Shown here: in pieces, positions 25,036-38,537 of the stretch | Position numbering within the stretch: position 1 is the stretch's first letter | How the letters are laid out: each line of letters opens with the position of its first letter | DNA from: Catajapyx aquilonaris | Taxonomy: Eukaryota | DNA: 64,000 nucleotides | Reading direction: 5' to 3' | Assembly: GCA_000934665.2 (NCBI GenBank) | Contig: JYFJ02001276.1 | Location: 1-64,000 of the forward strand | The notes under the pieces: model-generated | What the model was told of the DNA's origin: nothing | What the model saw: only the letters and a program-made list of their open reading frames with translations | The model's database searches: none | Program-made: the position numbers and the translations under genes

Positions 25036-25074
25036 GCGCATGCGCCCAGTGACGTCACTCTTCCTGTGACGTCA
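25036..25074. promoter_or_regulatory. Promoter motifs upstream of ZFAND2: NRF1-type GCGCATGCGC and two CRE palindromes TGACGTCA
   Basis: gcgcatgcgc 25036-25045; tgacgtca 25050-25057 and 25067-25074; about 140-180 bp upstream of the ATG. Confidence 0.6.
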
Positions 25075-25213
25075 TGACAGCTGAATCACGCACTGCACAT
25101 TCTGGCCCTTTCTGGCTCTTTCCATTCATTACTTTCATCTTTCATGTGATAAATACAAGTCACTGCGGTGTACGGGCAGTCAGTCGTCCACCTGGATCTG
25201 CAGTCGCATGGTC

Positions 25214-27357
25214 ATGGAGTTCCCAGATCTAGGAAAGCACTGCTCTGAGCCTACGTGCCACCAGCTAGGTACTGTACATTGCATCATTACACAGGTCCAG
25301 ATGGTCTCATTACCAGAGAGAGCAAGGGGAATAAGTTTCTGCCATGGTGACTTAATTTAACCAGTAATGACTCAAATAATTGGCATTTACAATACATCAC
25401 ATGGTAATGGCCAAACTTCCGCTGCAATCTCACGGACCATGTTAAGCGATGTTGCGTTGCTGATGGTGAATGCGTCTTGTTTCAGATTTCTTGCCGCTCA
25501 AGTGCGACGCATGCGGATCCATTTTCTGGTAACTATCACTTCTAGCACTTGCAATAACATGCATTCATAAGCACTGTTAAGCATATTTAGGACATTATCT
25601 GGCTGGGATTGTACTCACTATTTGTTGCTGGTTAATTTTTGTGAACAATTAATAATAATGAGCATAATCCGGCCAGGTTTGTTGTACTGAGTTTGGTCCC
25701 TGCCCAACGGTGAATTTTCGCCTTCAGTTGGCACTTGTGACCAAGCAAGTTTTTTGAAGCACTTCAACAAGTGCTATGAAATTTTGCATCTATTTATGCA
25801 GTTGTTGACAATCAGGGCAGCCACACCCAACTAGGACAAGCATGATAAGAGATAACCTGGCTCGAATCAATATATTGTGCTCGAGGTGCTCATTGTTTCA
25901 GATAAGAGTGACTTACAGGAAATGTTGCAATGCTTGCAGGACAATGGAGTAGATTCATAGTTGCACCCCTCTTTGTATGATTTAACAATATCCCAACAGC
26001 AAATGCGTAAGGTGCTGACAGTCAGCCTAATGAAATAATATTTATCCTACAAGTAATATTTTGTTCCTAAAAGACATGCTAATGGTTCTAGCATGTCCAA
26101 AGTAGTCATTAATCTAATTATGTAGGCCCAGGAATGATGCAACATGTATCTTTTCATCCTCATCACTACAAGAGGATTTTATCAAAAAAATTACACTATA
26201 TCACACAGCAAAGTTTTGTAACAAAATGAAAATTGGAGTAAGCTTTCCCCAATTAGCTTCAAGACCAAACAGTAAATTGGGGAAATTATGTTGTGTCTTT
26301 GTGGTAAGATGATTTCTCTTTTGAGTAGAAAAATTGCTGTGTCATTCACAGGTGCCAATGAGTTCAAGTAAATAGAAAGTTTGTAACTTATTACAGTTGA
26401 ATCCGGATATAACAAACTTAAAGGGAACCCAGAAATAAGTTTTTTATAACCAAGATGTGTTATAGCCGAGGCTGTTATATCCGGATTCAACTGTATTAGC
26501 AGAACTCCTATTGACACTTTCTTTTGATATTCTCAGTTGTTTTGCATTCGCTCTAATCTAAGTGAACAGCGTAATGCGTGTGAGATTGCAATTTGGGTCT
26601 TGTTAAACTATTTGCAGCAGTGACCATTTTGGCTACACATCACACCAGTGCCCCAACTCTTACTTGAAGGATGCCCAGGTTCCTGTGTGTCCTCTTTGCA
26701 ACAAACCCGTCCCAACCCCACGTGGGCAGCCACCAGATGTCCATGTGGGACAGCACATTGACAATGACTGCCAGTCTGATTCAGCAAAGTCAAGGCGAAA
26801 GGTGTGTGACTGTATATTTTTGTACTGGAGTTCCATAGATTACTGTACCTTCATTTCTCTGTTGAATAGGTGTTCAAGAACCGATGCACTGCAAAAGGAT
26901 GCAAAGTGAAGGAGTTGATGCCAGTGACATGCAATGACTGTGGACGCAACTTCTGCCTACGTCACCGCCACCCTCAAGATCACAGCTGCTCTGGGCCAGT
27001 CACTCCAGCCCAAAGGGCAAGGGATGCTGCTATGGCAAGGACTTCTGGGAGCAAGGCTGTTCCCGCACCTGCACAAGCGAGCATGGTAAATTATTTGACT
27101 ATAATATTCCTCCTTGAATTATGTTGAACTGTTTTATGTGACCTGCACTTATTTAGCGTGAAGATGAAGCATTGGCTCGTGCCTTGCAAGCATCACTTCA
27201 GGACAGCGCCCCTCCTGCTTCTACATCACGGACACAGCAAGAAGAGGAAGACTTCATGTTGGCCCAAGCTCTGGCCCAGAGTGAGTTGGAAGCTCGCAGG
27301 GCTAACCAACCAGCTGCTGCCCCTGCTCGGGACAAAGATCGATGCTGCCTCTGCTAA
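25214..27357 (+). CDS. ZFAND2B: AN1-type zinc finger protein 2B / AIRAPL-like (AN1 fingers, UIMs, C-terminal CaaX-like motif); exons 25214-25268, 25486-25528, 26618-26801, 26870-27085, 27157-27357
   Basis: MEFPDLGKHCSEPTCHQLDFLPLKCDACGSIFCSDH..., VPVCPLCNKPVP, CNDCGRNFCLRHRHPQDHSC, UIM-like EDEALARALQASL and EEEDFMLAQALAQSE; ends CCLC. Confidence 0.9.
26394..26493. mobile_element. 100-bp Tigger/pogo-like MITE with perfect 20-bp TIRs and TA flanks (intronic)
   Basis: ta|cagttgaatccggatataac ... gttatatccggattcaactg|ta. Confidence 0.9.
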
Positions 27358-27541
27358 TGTCCTCTGCTGGATCCACCTTTACAATCCATCCAAGGAAATG
27401 GGAATACCTGCAGTTTTAAAAAGAAAAACATTCCGGTGAATCGGCAAGCAAGCCTTTATTGTATCATTAATCATGCAACAGAAATCACGCACACTGTATT
27501 CTTATACTGACTTATTAATTATACTTAATATTAAACTTTAA

Positions 27542-27686
27542 AGGGCCACTGTCTCCAAATTCAACAGTTTTGATGTAATGCAGTCACATTGCCTCCAGCC
27601 AGTTTCAAACTTTGAAAATTCACTTCTCTTCTAGGAATAAAAGTGTGGACATTCCTGCAATATATAATTTTTGAGACAGGAGCCCT
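27542..27686. mobile_element. Kolobok-like MITE in the ZFAND2 3' region
   Basis: ttaa|agggccactgtctccaaatt ... aatttttgagacaggagccct|tgaa; TTAA-type target, with one mismatch on the right. Confidence 0.55.
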
Positions 27687-28839
27687 TGAAATAAGTTATG
27701 ATTCTGGATTCTAATGTATGAAATAAATCATATGGTGTTAACTCATATTTTGTGTACGATACTATAATTATTATAGGAAGCCAAACAGAACAATACAGAA
27801 GGTCGTTTCACCTCTGTGTTATCAAATTGCGATTTAAAATAACTTAGTGTGAAACCATTCACCATTAAAAACGTTGTTGTATGTGATACTATGAGCCAAC
27901 ATCGAAGCTTTCATTCTATGAGACATTTTTAAAGCAGGAAGGTCAATTTTGTCCCACCCCACCTGAATGACTTTCCAGATGCTTGCCAGATACCAGATGG
28001 GTCTCCTCGTGAGGGTCCTTTTTAGCAGACCAAACCAGTAGAAATCCATGTGAGAGATATGGATGTCGGAATGCAATGGTTCCCTTCTTCAATCTCCATA
28101 CATTTCACGTAGGCCACCATCGATCGAGACGTATGACTCGATGCTTATCGTGATGCATCAACACCTTTGAAGTGTCCCAGCCATGCAGCCGAGAGATATC
28201 ATGTCGATACGATGGTGTCAATATGTTCCTCCGGTTGCATGGTGAAAATTTTTAGCTCACACTGATTCCTGATCTGAATGTAGTATATTCCACGTTGGAA
28301 AGATCAACAACGTACCCTGCTTCCCAAAAGGGAATATTATTCTTGAAGGCATGCCACACTGTGCAGCTGTCTTGTACACGATGCCGATGAGTCCTGGTCT
28401 GGGCTTTTCACCAAGGCCCATTTCGCCCCAGGAATCTCGCCATGGTACTTTTCTACTGCCATTTAAACTTTGATCACATAGATGTATTCCTGGACAGTTG
28501 ACTCACATAGTGGACAGAACGTCTACAAAGGTTCCTGCCTCTGAAACTCCCAGTGACTTATCCTTCTGTACTGAACCATACGCCTGAGGGTCACACGTTT
28601 GACCCGTCTGTCTCACCTTTGACCCAGCCAGAAACTGCATATTAATCATCCGACCCTGACACTGCCCGACTTGGCGCCATATTTTCTGATCTGGTACCCT
28701 TGGAATAGCGGAAAGGAAGCTGACCACTTTCCTCACCTGGTCACCCTGCCGTTCTGATGGAAACATGGCGGCCAGCTTGTAAACGTAACTTGGAATTTCG
28801 GGAAGGAAATTGTGCAAAATTGTGAATGAAACAGTCGAG

Positions 28840-29691
28840 ATGTCCGGCGAATCCGATTCAGACCAGTCCGAATCCGAGCTGGGAAGGAAGGACTACTGGG
28901 ACAGGCTGTACCAGGAGGACATGGCCAACTATGAGTCGTATGGGGACAGCGGTCAGGTGGGTGTCCTTCAGTAGATTGCAACTTATCTAGAAAAATCTAA
29001 TTACATGTCATTACAGGCGTGGTTTGGATCTAAACTTACCCGTGATATTGTGTCATGGATTGTGAGCGAGTCTGGTTGTTCCCACTCTGAGCCTGTCCTG
29101 GACCTGGGCTGCGGAAATGGGCATCTCCTCGTGGCGTTGGCTCATGCAGGGTTTATGGACCTGACTGGAGTGGACTACTCCACATCGGCTCTGGAACTAG
29201 CCCAATCGGTTGCTCAAAGGGAAAGAGTACTCGGATGCAGATTTGAGCAAGTGGACATCACCTGTCCTCCTAATGAATCCAAGGCCATGGGACGCCAGTA
29301 CGCTCTGTGTGTGGACAAAGGTACAGCGTACGAGACTGTAGCTCACCGTCATGTTAAACACAAAGAATCACAGGCACTAATGAGGTCACATTGTTTAACT
29401 GACTGTCACGATAATTCCACAGGTACCTACGATGCAATAGGTCTCTCGGAGTCAGGGAAGGCTGCTCAGGAGGCTTACAAATCCGTGGTGGAAAGGCTGA
29501 TCTTGCCTGGAGGTTACCTCCTTTTGGCGTCGTGCAACTGGACTCGTGCTGAGTTACTTAAGGACTTTGGTGTGCAGTTTGAACTGGTGCATGTCATCCC
29601 TACACCTGTGCTCCAGTATGGCGGGAAGACAGGTGCTAACGTAACTGCTCTTATTCTCAAAAGGAAAAGTGATGACCACGATGAGGACTGA
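28840..29691 (+). CDS. EEF1AKMT2: EEF1A lysine methyltransferase 2 (METTL10/Efm4); exons 28840-28956, 29017-29320, 29423-29691
   Basis: SELGRKDYWDRLY..., AWFG, VLDLGCGNGHLL, GVDYS, DKGTYDAIGL (after splicing), SCNWTRAEL and QYGGKTG. Confidence 0.92.
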
Positions 29692-31082
29692 ACTGGAAGG
29701 AGGGAGGAAAAAAATCTTTTCGTATTATTTACCTCCAGCAACATCATGTTTTTATTGGGCTGTAAATAACAAGTGTGTATAGTCGCCCCACCAAGACCTC
29801 AGTCCAAAATCACATACTTGAACAAAATTCAATGGCATGTCAATAAATGTATATAACACTCCTGTTAGTACTCAAGACTTTTTGTGTATCTGCAGTTTTA
29901 AAAAGGCTGCAATTCACGTAATATAAAATAGCACAGCTCTAAGGAGCCGATGTATGCAGATGCTCTTTTACATTACTAGAAAACTGCTATGTGCGAGATG
30001 TCGTAGCTGCAGGTGAACCACATTCATTCCATCTGTACCGTACTGAAAAGTGTCAAGCATTGTATGCTATACGTATAAAAGTTTCCCTCTCTCAAGTGCA
30101 AATCTTACTATCTCGATGGCATGTCCTGATGAAAAGCCCGCGTGTACACGATGTCCAACTGATGTTTCGATAGTGCGACTATATGTGGCGGAGTGTATGT
30201 ATATGTGTCTATGCGTGTGTGGTGATATCTTTTTTTTTTAACCACTAGAACAGTTGCAGCTGACCACTGCCTACAACTACAACTCACTTTCATCACTTGT
30301 ACACATTGTCATGACAAGTTCTTTTTGGAGGCAGCTGGAATGTGTCCATCTGGATTTTTGTTTTTGTTACTTTTTTGGGGTGGTGGGTGGAGGAGAAAGG
30401 AGAGGGGAATGAGAATCACTACAGCTGCATTTGGATTACCGTTTTTCCCCAACTGTAAGGCCTTTGGAGGTATGATCATTTTTTTTTTCTCTCTCTCTCT
30501 TTTAAACATTACATTCTATTAGGTCCCGTCTGGTAAAGACTGATGAAAATAAAACACATTATAAAAAATGAGCATAAATGTGTACAAAATGAAACCTGTG
30601 AAAACTCTCCCAACAAAGGATATGTGTAAAAAAATCAGTACAAATCACTTGAGCCTAAATAAACATATCACAACTCATGTACGAAATTAATCTCATTAAT
30701 GAGTAAAACTTGTGAGCAAAGCAACATAAAAGTCACGATTGAGATACAAAAAAGGAGCATGAGAACAATGTGAGTGATTGACTTAGATCCAAATGTAGCT
30801 GCTCACACATTTCTTTTTAAAAAACCATGGGAGCGGACACACCGGAAAATATGAGCGCGCGCGTCTTCTATATGTACACCACTACCCGAGTCAGTCGCAT
30901 TTTTTGCTAGGCCCACTAAACACTACTGGCTCACTTTTGACTAGCAGATTGTCAATGGATTTTGGCTCTGGGATGGGGGAGGCATGGGGCAGGAGTCAAG
31001 TTTCATGGCAGTGAATTTACCATCAACAATCTTCCGCATGTGAGGGAGGATGAGGGTTGGGGAAAGGAGGGTTGAATAGTGA

Positions 31083-34000
31083 TCACAATGGCCTGGGGTC
31101 ATGCAACCCCTTGACATTTGGCTCCACAGTGGGCCAGTGCTCCGTGTCACTTGGCCCCCAATCGTGGAGCCCACTGACTAAGGAGGGCCGGTGAGTCAGT
31201 CGGTGAGCTATGGAGAACCCGCCACTGCCCTCCAGCTGAGTCAACACAATTATCACTTGTCTGTCAAGGGAAAAGGATGCGAAAATTAACACCAGGTTCA
31301 ACCTTTAACGTTTTAAGCACAGCGAGGTCCTCACCTGTGAAGAGGTGGTACAGCATCAACAGTCCTGAGCTCACCCCTGGTGGAGACAACGTTGTAGCTC
31401 TCCTGACAATCACATTTGACTTGAATCCACCGATCCTCATGTCGGTTTTCAACGACCACCACAAGGCCAGCCCAACCTTTGGTCAAGTAGTAGGCTGTCA
31501 TGCCTTCTCTGCCCTAAAATGCAAATGTATTGGCTTTAGTAGGTGGCACTTGTGATGCGATTAGTATCCCCAAGGGACATGCTCCAAATCCCTGTTATTG
31601 CTCTTTGCATTGTTAACATGAGTACGTTACTTGTTACCTGTAAGTTATTTTGTACGACTACACACAGAAGAATTCTAGACATCGAATTTTTCAATTATTT
31701 TAGACAATCAATATGATCGCATAATTTACAAGGTAAGGAAATTGCATTAGTCTCCCTATTAGCCAGACTATAATACATAACCATCCGTCAAACTGGGTCA
31801 GTAAGAGATGATCGACAGATACAAAAGTAGAACATTGAATGAAGGTTATGAGAGCAAATAAAAATTTTATGGACATACCTCATGTCTTTGTCCTTTGTCC
31901 AATGTGAGGCGGATGATTGCATCAGCCAGAATGTAAGGCGATGGCACCAGCTGCTCAGCCAGCAGTCGTTTAGAGCTGTGAAGTGCCAGGATGTACTCTG
32001 GGTATTGTGCAGGGCTGTCCAGACCTGCAGAATAAAAGGCAGTTTTAAAAAAATTCAGCGGCTGTGCTCAAATTATTCACTATGATAAAATCGGGTCATA
32101 TGGCTTATCATGCAGACTATGAAGCAACTTTTTACCTGTGTGCCAGTGATTGAAGGCGAGTGGCACAACAAGGTACATCCCAGGCTCCAGCATCTTGTGG
32201 CATCCAACAAACCCCCGAACCTGTCGCTTGCTGTGCTCGACCAGTCTTCCCACAGATAGGGAACCCAGCTGTGCCTTGCGAAACACCACCACACACAAGT
32301 CCAGTTGAGATCTAGGATGAATGAAGATTACAGTCACTCATCATGTGGTGAAAGACCATGCAATGTCCTTTTTCCCTTACCTGTGTGCCTTCTCTGAGTT
32401 GCGCTGTCCCTCTTGGAAAAGAGTGACTTCAACCTCAGTGGGCTCCAGCACGGTCAGCAGTACACACGAAAGGTGGTCAGCAGATGCCAGCGGGGGCAGC
32501 ATCCCCTGCAGCCGCATTTCATTCCAGTTTGGCCTCACCTTACAAATGTCAATACAGTCAAAGAATCGGAGCACATCCTCGAAAGCAATCCAAAAGACTC
32601 CATCCCTAGCCCCATGAGGCATCAGTCTTGCTCGCAAATTAGGGGTCCAGTTGGGAGACTCATCACTCCAATCTCCTTTCCATGAGTAGCGGCCCCAGGG
32701 GTTGCGGAGCCGCAAAAGGCGATTACCACTGACGTCTTGCACATCTAGGACCGAATAGGCATGGCGAGGGCGCAGACCCCAGGTGCGGTACTCTTCGTCA
32801 TCAACCTTCATGTTGCCCCCACCACATGATGCACCCATTAAAAAGCCAGCCGTGTGTGAGCTTAGAAGCTGTGCCCACACCAAGTCCCTGTCGAGTTCTT
32901 CCTCACTTGGGGCTGAACTTGGTTGTAATGGGATGCTCTCACATGGTGCCCCAGTGAGGGTCGCCAGTCCCTCAATGGCCCGTCCTGACACCAATGCCTC
33001 ATAACAGCCATGCATCTTGGCCACTGCCTTTTCTATAAGAGGAACCCAGAGTTGGCGTCGCTTGGCCTGGCTGTACACAAGCCGATGGCGACGATCACAC
33101 GGGAGGAGATCATCCAAGAGCACCGTGGTCCACCGGCCATCCTTGCACAAACGCACCTGGTATGCCCCCTGTGGACACACTTCACGAGTCACCATGACCT
33201 GTTCCACAAGTGGCTTGCGTTCTGCCAATACTGCCAAAGCTGACAGAAGCCAGCAGTTTCCTAGTACTCCCTGTGAGATGTCTGACGGCAGAGGAGTACG
33301 GAATACAGCCCAGGGCAAGCCACCGTCACCCTCAGCAACCACTTGTTGTGGTCGCACCCAGTGTGCAACGTGGCTCTCCCTTGGCCCACCCTCATTTGAT
33401 TGGTAAAATAGGGAGCGACGTGCTGGTGGGAAACTGTCATCCACAAATGGTTCCCCAGTCTTCTGACAGTACTGCACTATTCGCTCCCATTTCTGGCGTG
33501 CCTCACGTTCCTCAGCACGCCTCAGTTCATCCATCAATTCACTTCGACGTCCTGTCATTGTGGGTAGAGGTGGTGGTGGCATTGGAGGAGGGGCCACAGC
33601 TGGCTCTGTGACCAGCCCTGTTGACGGGGATGAAGTTGACATCTGCATTGCTGGAGGAGTAGCTGGCATTGGGAGCAATGAAGAGTGTGGGCGTCGTGGA
33701 TGGCGACATATATCACACTGTGTGGCAGAGCCTGCATTGTCGTAAGTGCACTGAGGGCAGTTCCAGTTATGGCCCTGGCCAGCACCACGACGCAATGAGG
33801 GTCTGCTGGTGAGGAGGTCCACTAGGGCAGCGCCAGTTGAACCGGGACTTAAACCCAGAGCAGTGGCAGCTGACACAATGTCAGAAGTTGTGATGCGGCC
33901 CACTGATACGCCTCCACCATTTCCTCCACCCCTCTCACCACTTCTGGTTGCACCTCGTTCAGAAACCCCACCTCTCTCAGGCATCCCACCTCTTTCAGGC

Positions 34001-37000
34001 ATCCCACCTCTTTCAGGCATCCCACCTCTTTCAGGCATCCCACCTCTTTCAGGCATCCCACCTCTTTCAGGCATCCCACCTCTTTCAGGCATCCCGCTTC
34101 TTTCAGGTACCCCACCTCTTTCAGGTATCCCACCTCTTTCATTAACCCCAGCACCAGCCACAACCCTCTCAGAAATGGCAGCTCGTTCAAAAACCCCTTC
34201 TCCAGATCCACTCCTTTCTTCCCTTCCAACCCTGGCTGCTACAGCACTCCTTTCAGACACTCCAGCTCCTGGCCCACCCCTCTCAGAAGCCCCACTCCTT
34301 TGCTGCAGGTTCCCACCACATGCTCGGCACTGGTTTGATCCCAGTGGATTCTTCAACGTGCAGAGTGGGCAGATCCAAAAATGACCACGTCTCAGGGTTG
34401 GATCCTCAGCCAAGCCCAAACTCCGCAGCTTGGATGCCCCACAAGCCTCACAAGCCATCCGCCCTCCACTGTTGAGTAGAGTGCACTTATGGCACTGCCA
34501 CGCCTGCTCCGGTGAAGCTCCTGCCCCTCTTGTGGATCCTATCACCCTTAGCTCTGTGCCTTGGGGCCGATCCTCAGGACTTAATCCCTCATGTGCTAGG
34601 GGCATTGCAGGGTTGACAGTTCTCCCATTTGGAGAGGGAGTTCTGACTGCCTCCTTCACGACAGTCACCAAACTGGGCTGCAGTAAAGAAGGAGATGCCC
34701 TTTGCTGCTTGCAGATGTCACAGCAATTCATCCCAAATGGATTATATGCAAAGGAGCATTTGGTGCATGTCCACATGCGGTCTGTGGTCCTCTCACGGGT
34801 TGTGTCCACCAAGGAGCGGCGATGGGCTGCCAGGCGCACTAGGGCCAAGCCGTTGCCATTAGTACCACCTGGAGAACCCGTGCCAAGCTCAGACAGGGAG
34901 CGGGCATAAGCTGGTCGGAGGGGAGAGGAGTTGCTGCTAACCGTGGAAGGTGCAGGCACAGCAATCACCAGACCATTTCGAGATGCAGGTTGTACCTGAA
35001 GCAAAAAAAATTGCCCTTACTACACCATCAGAACTACAGATAGCAGTCTTTTTACATGGGGTGCATATTTTGTGACAAAACAGTACAGGCCTATTAAACT
35101 CCCAAGTGCTCATGACTATAAAACAAAACAAAAATATCAGACAAACGGGATCCACCACTGGCCCATTTAGCATGTTAGGTCGGCTGCAAGTAAGGTACAT
35201 TTCACCGTGTCTTGCATGTGTTGCACTATTCAGAGTGTGCAAGAGTATGATTACATACCTTAAGAGCCTCGCAGGCCTCACATCTGTCCAAGTCATGAGA
35301 ATTCTTCAGGGTGCATCTCCTGCAGGTCCACATCATCCCTGCAGATGTGGGAGGAGTTGGGGGTCGTCGTGGGGAGTGATGGTTGTAATGGTGATGGTGA
35401 TGGTAATGGTAGTGATGCTGTGGGGTCAAGCTGATTCCCCCTCCCCCACCATTGCTGCCGCCACCTGTACCTCCTCCACATCCTAAATACAAACAGTAAA
35501 TTAGTCACAGCAAGTCGTAAGGGCTCCTTGATTCAAAGGGTGTGTATTTATGAGTATGCATTTACATGCATTCATGCTTATATTCATCAAGAGAGACATA
35601 TTAATCAATTTTTGAAATGGTACGTTTAGTTCCTTGCTGCTCAAATACTTCGCATCGGTATTATTGTCTCACAACACAAATCTCAAAATTCTGTACCTGA
35701 CTCACCTGAGACAGAGCGGCTCAGCTTAGCCTTGACTCTCTCGCAGACACCACCTGATGCGGTGTTTCCAGGGGAAACATGGCGTTTGGGCGAGCGCAGG
35801 GGTTGGTTGGTGGGTGTCAGAGGGTGAGGACGGTGGGGACGAGGTCGGTGGAGAGTAGGAGGGCCACCATCAATTTCTGACACTCCGAGAGTATTTGAGA
35901 GTGGAGGTGGGGACGATGGCGAGGGTGATGCAGAAGGGGTTGGAGATGGGGTGGGGGAAGGAGAAGGGTGGGAGTGGGGGTCAGAAGATGACGATGTTGG
36001 GGCACATCGGGCACAACAAGGGCGCCGGGGCCAGGGGGGAAGGGCCACTGATGACAACATTGTGGATGAGATTCGGTCCTGGAAAAATGACAGTGTCTCA
36101 TTAACACGGATTGCAACACTTGTTGACTATGGCAGTTACATAGCCACTCGAAGGAGGAGCATTGTCAGATGCAATTTACTTACCCCTGTGGAAAGTGATC
36201 TGCGCAAGGCACCCTGAGACTGACAGCAACGGCAGTGGGCCAGGTCACTGGTGCTGGCGACCCTCCTGAGTCCCAGCAACTCTCTCTCTTCACCGTCCTC
36301 TGCTACTCCTTCCCCTGACCTCTGAGATTCGGACTGCTGAGCTGAGATCAGGTCCTCCAAGGAAAGACTTGGCTTGTCCGAGTCCGAGAGCAAGATGAGC
36401 GGTGGGGAAGGTGGCAGAGGGGGTAGCTCAAGGGCAAGGTCAGAGGTCGCTGAGATGGAGGTGGCCTCACAGCCACCCAACAAAACTTCTGAGGAGCTCA
36501 CAGAGACACCAGCTGGAGAGCCGACATCGACCACAATCTCCTCTGTTGTCTCAGGGCTGGGGGGAATTTAAAAAACAGCACATAAGATACAGCAAATTAT
36601 AATAATAAAAAGCATATGTGCGCATATAGTGTCACAAAAGTACCACCGAATAATACTAAAACTTCACATACTGCTTCCTTCAGCAACAATGACAATCAGA
36701 GTATTTAAAGTAGCCTTACTCTGTCCAAATTCATCTACTAATTGCAATGTTATGGAAAACAAACTGACAGCAGTGTATGTGTGGCGGAAATAGGTTGGCT
36801 TTCCATAATTATATAAAAGAAGCAATCAGCTACAATTTCCAACATGTAATTATCCACAGAATCATGTAACATAACTGTTTCTAAGCAGTGTTCTTCACTT
36901 TCAGAAATTCATCGAAGAGTCTTCAAAAATGCGCCCAGACCGCAAGGAAAACCTATGTGTCACCCGCCCACAAGTGAGTCATGGCAAAAGTTAGCAAGGA

Positions 37001-38537
37001 AGATCAATATGATCATGCAGTGTTCAAAACAGATCAATGCAATGTCAAAGCCCTACAAAATCATTATGATTGTGCGACGGAACTACTAAATAATAAGCTT
37101 CTTGCAATATCCAGGGTAGGGACATGCTCTTCAAACTGCAGGTCTGTTGAAAATATGTTAAGACCTCTTCAAAAGAAACTTAAGATAGCATGTAAATTTT
37201 CCCAGGCAACTCAACTGCCACATTACATAGTGTCATAAAGTAACTGACCACATATGCTTGACATGGGCAACATTTTTGAGTTGCAGGACCCCTTTTGCTG
37301 GACAACTTTGTCCCAACAGTGTACTAGAATACAGCTGACAAGTGCTCATCCAAATCTGAAGTTCAAAAAGTTCTAAAAACTAAAAGTTTCTTCATGAAGG
37401 TCATCGCACTAAGGCTTGCAATTGGTGCCAGGTATATCCTACAGTTGCCAGGAAAAGGATGACGACATCAGCCCTACTCCAACCTAGCTCTCGGCACTTG
37501 CTTCTTGCTATGGCTTTCATCTCCGAAGTTGACTGTACACACACACACGAATTTTAAAGTTCAGGGGATGACCTATTACTAGTATACACAAGGACATAAT
37601 TATGGTGTGCACATATCTGCATCATTTAAAAAAAATGTCTGGTCCTAAAGGTTTCAGATAGTGCACTGTACTCTCCACAATTTCATAAATCTTTAACGAC
37701 AGCCATGGAATCCCTTCTACATTAAATACAGCAGAACAGCGATTATCCGACCATCCTGCTCCAGCAATTAATCTTGTTTTCTCATCTAATGCTCTTAGGT
37801 ACTAAATAAGCATTTGTTTTGTATTGCCAGTAGTTACACTGCAAATATAGTACAGCAGTGTGTGTAGGAAGAGAAAAATATGTCGATATGTCTGAGAAGA
37901 CGGTATATGTTTTTGTGGTGTTTCATTAAGTTTTCTTTGCACCTTGGATTATCCGACTTTTGTGTTCCGACCATGCCCTGCTCCCATGGGTGATGGATAA
38001 TCGGAGTTCTGCTGTACATAATGTCGCCATATGTACTCGCGTGGAATCGAAATAAATTTACACATGATCGGGGTTCTACTGTACATAGATGTCACCATAT
38101 GTTTATACTCTTGTGGAATTGAAATAAATGAACACATGAAGAACTGCCAATATTAATAACGGATTGTACATGATGGTGCCAGCGCTTGTCTGAAGCAGGG
38201 TTAGGAGAGGATGTAGCGACTGATGGAGTGTGTCGATGGCAGGTGCGTACCATTCCTGAGCGCTGTCCTCCTCGTCCTCCTGGTCATCATGGTCGGAGGG
38301 TGGCGTGGAAGTGGCCCTGAGAGAGGGCCCGGCATGCCAGGTGGCAGTCCCCCTGAGCCCCGGCCTGGTGACCACAGGCAGGCAGAACCCTACGCTGTCC
38401 CCCCTTCCCCCCAAGTGTTGGTCCTGGCAGACGGGCGGCCTCCTCTGCCCGCACCCGAGGCAGCGGTCCCTCTCCGTGGGGCTGATCAGGCCGCACCCCT
38501 CGCACTTCCACTGCAGCACCGACGCGATCGAACCCAT
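31083..38537 (-). CDS. CAPN15: Calpain-15 / small optic lobes (RanBP2-type zinc fingers, calpain catalytic domain, SOH domain); about 9 exons including a ~2.6-kb exon at about 32381-34976
   Basis: N-terminus [15 protein letters not shown]; several W.C..CT..N......C..C fingers; [11 protein letters not shown] (catalytic Cys), HAYSVL, LRNPWG; C-terminal [25 protein letters not shown]...LHDPRPL. Confidence 0.95.
33956..34145 (-). repeat. Coding minisatellite, about 10 x 18 bp (ERGG[M/V/I]P) inside CAPN15
   Basis: ggcatcccacctctttca repeated on the + strand. Confidence 0.95.
37729..38014. mobile_element. Tigger-like MITE in CAPN15 intron 1, TA flanks
   Basis: ta|cagcagaacagcgattatcc ... ggataatcggagttctgctg|ta. 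Confidence 0.7.

Noticed and set aside
28040..28415. Selenoprotein-type in-frame TGA codons on the minus strand
   Set aside because: No recognisable selenoprotein homology or SECIS; TGA stops are expected by chance in alternative frames.
33956..34145. CRISPR-like array
   Set aside because: Repeats are contiguous with no spacers and lie in frame within a eukaryotic exon.
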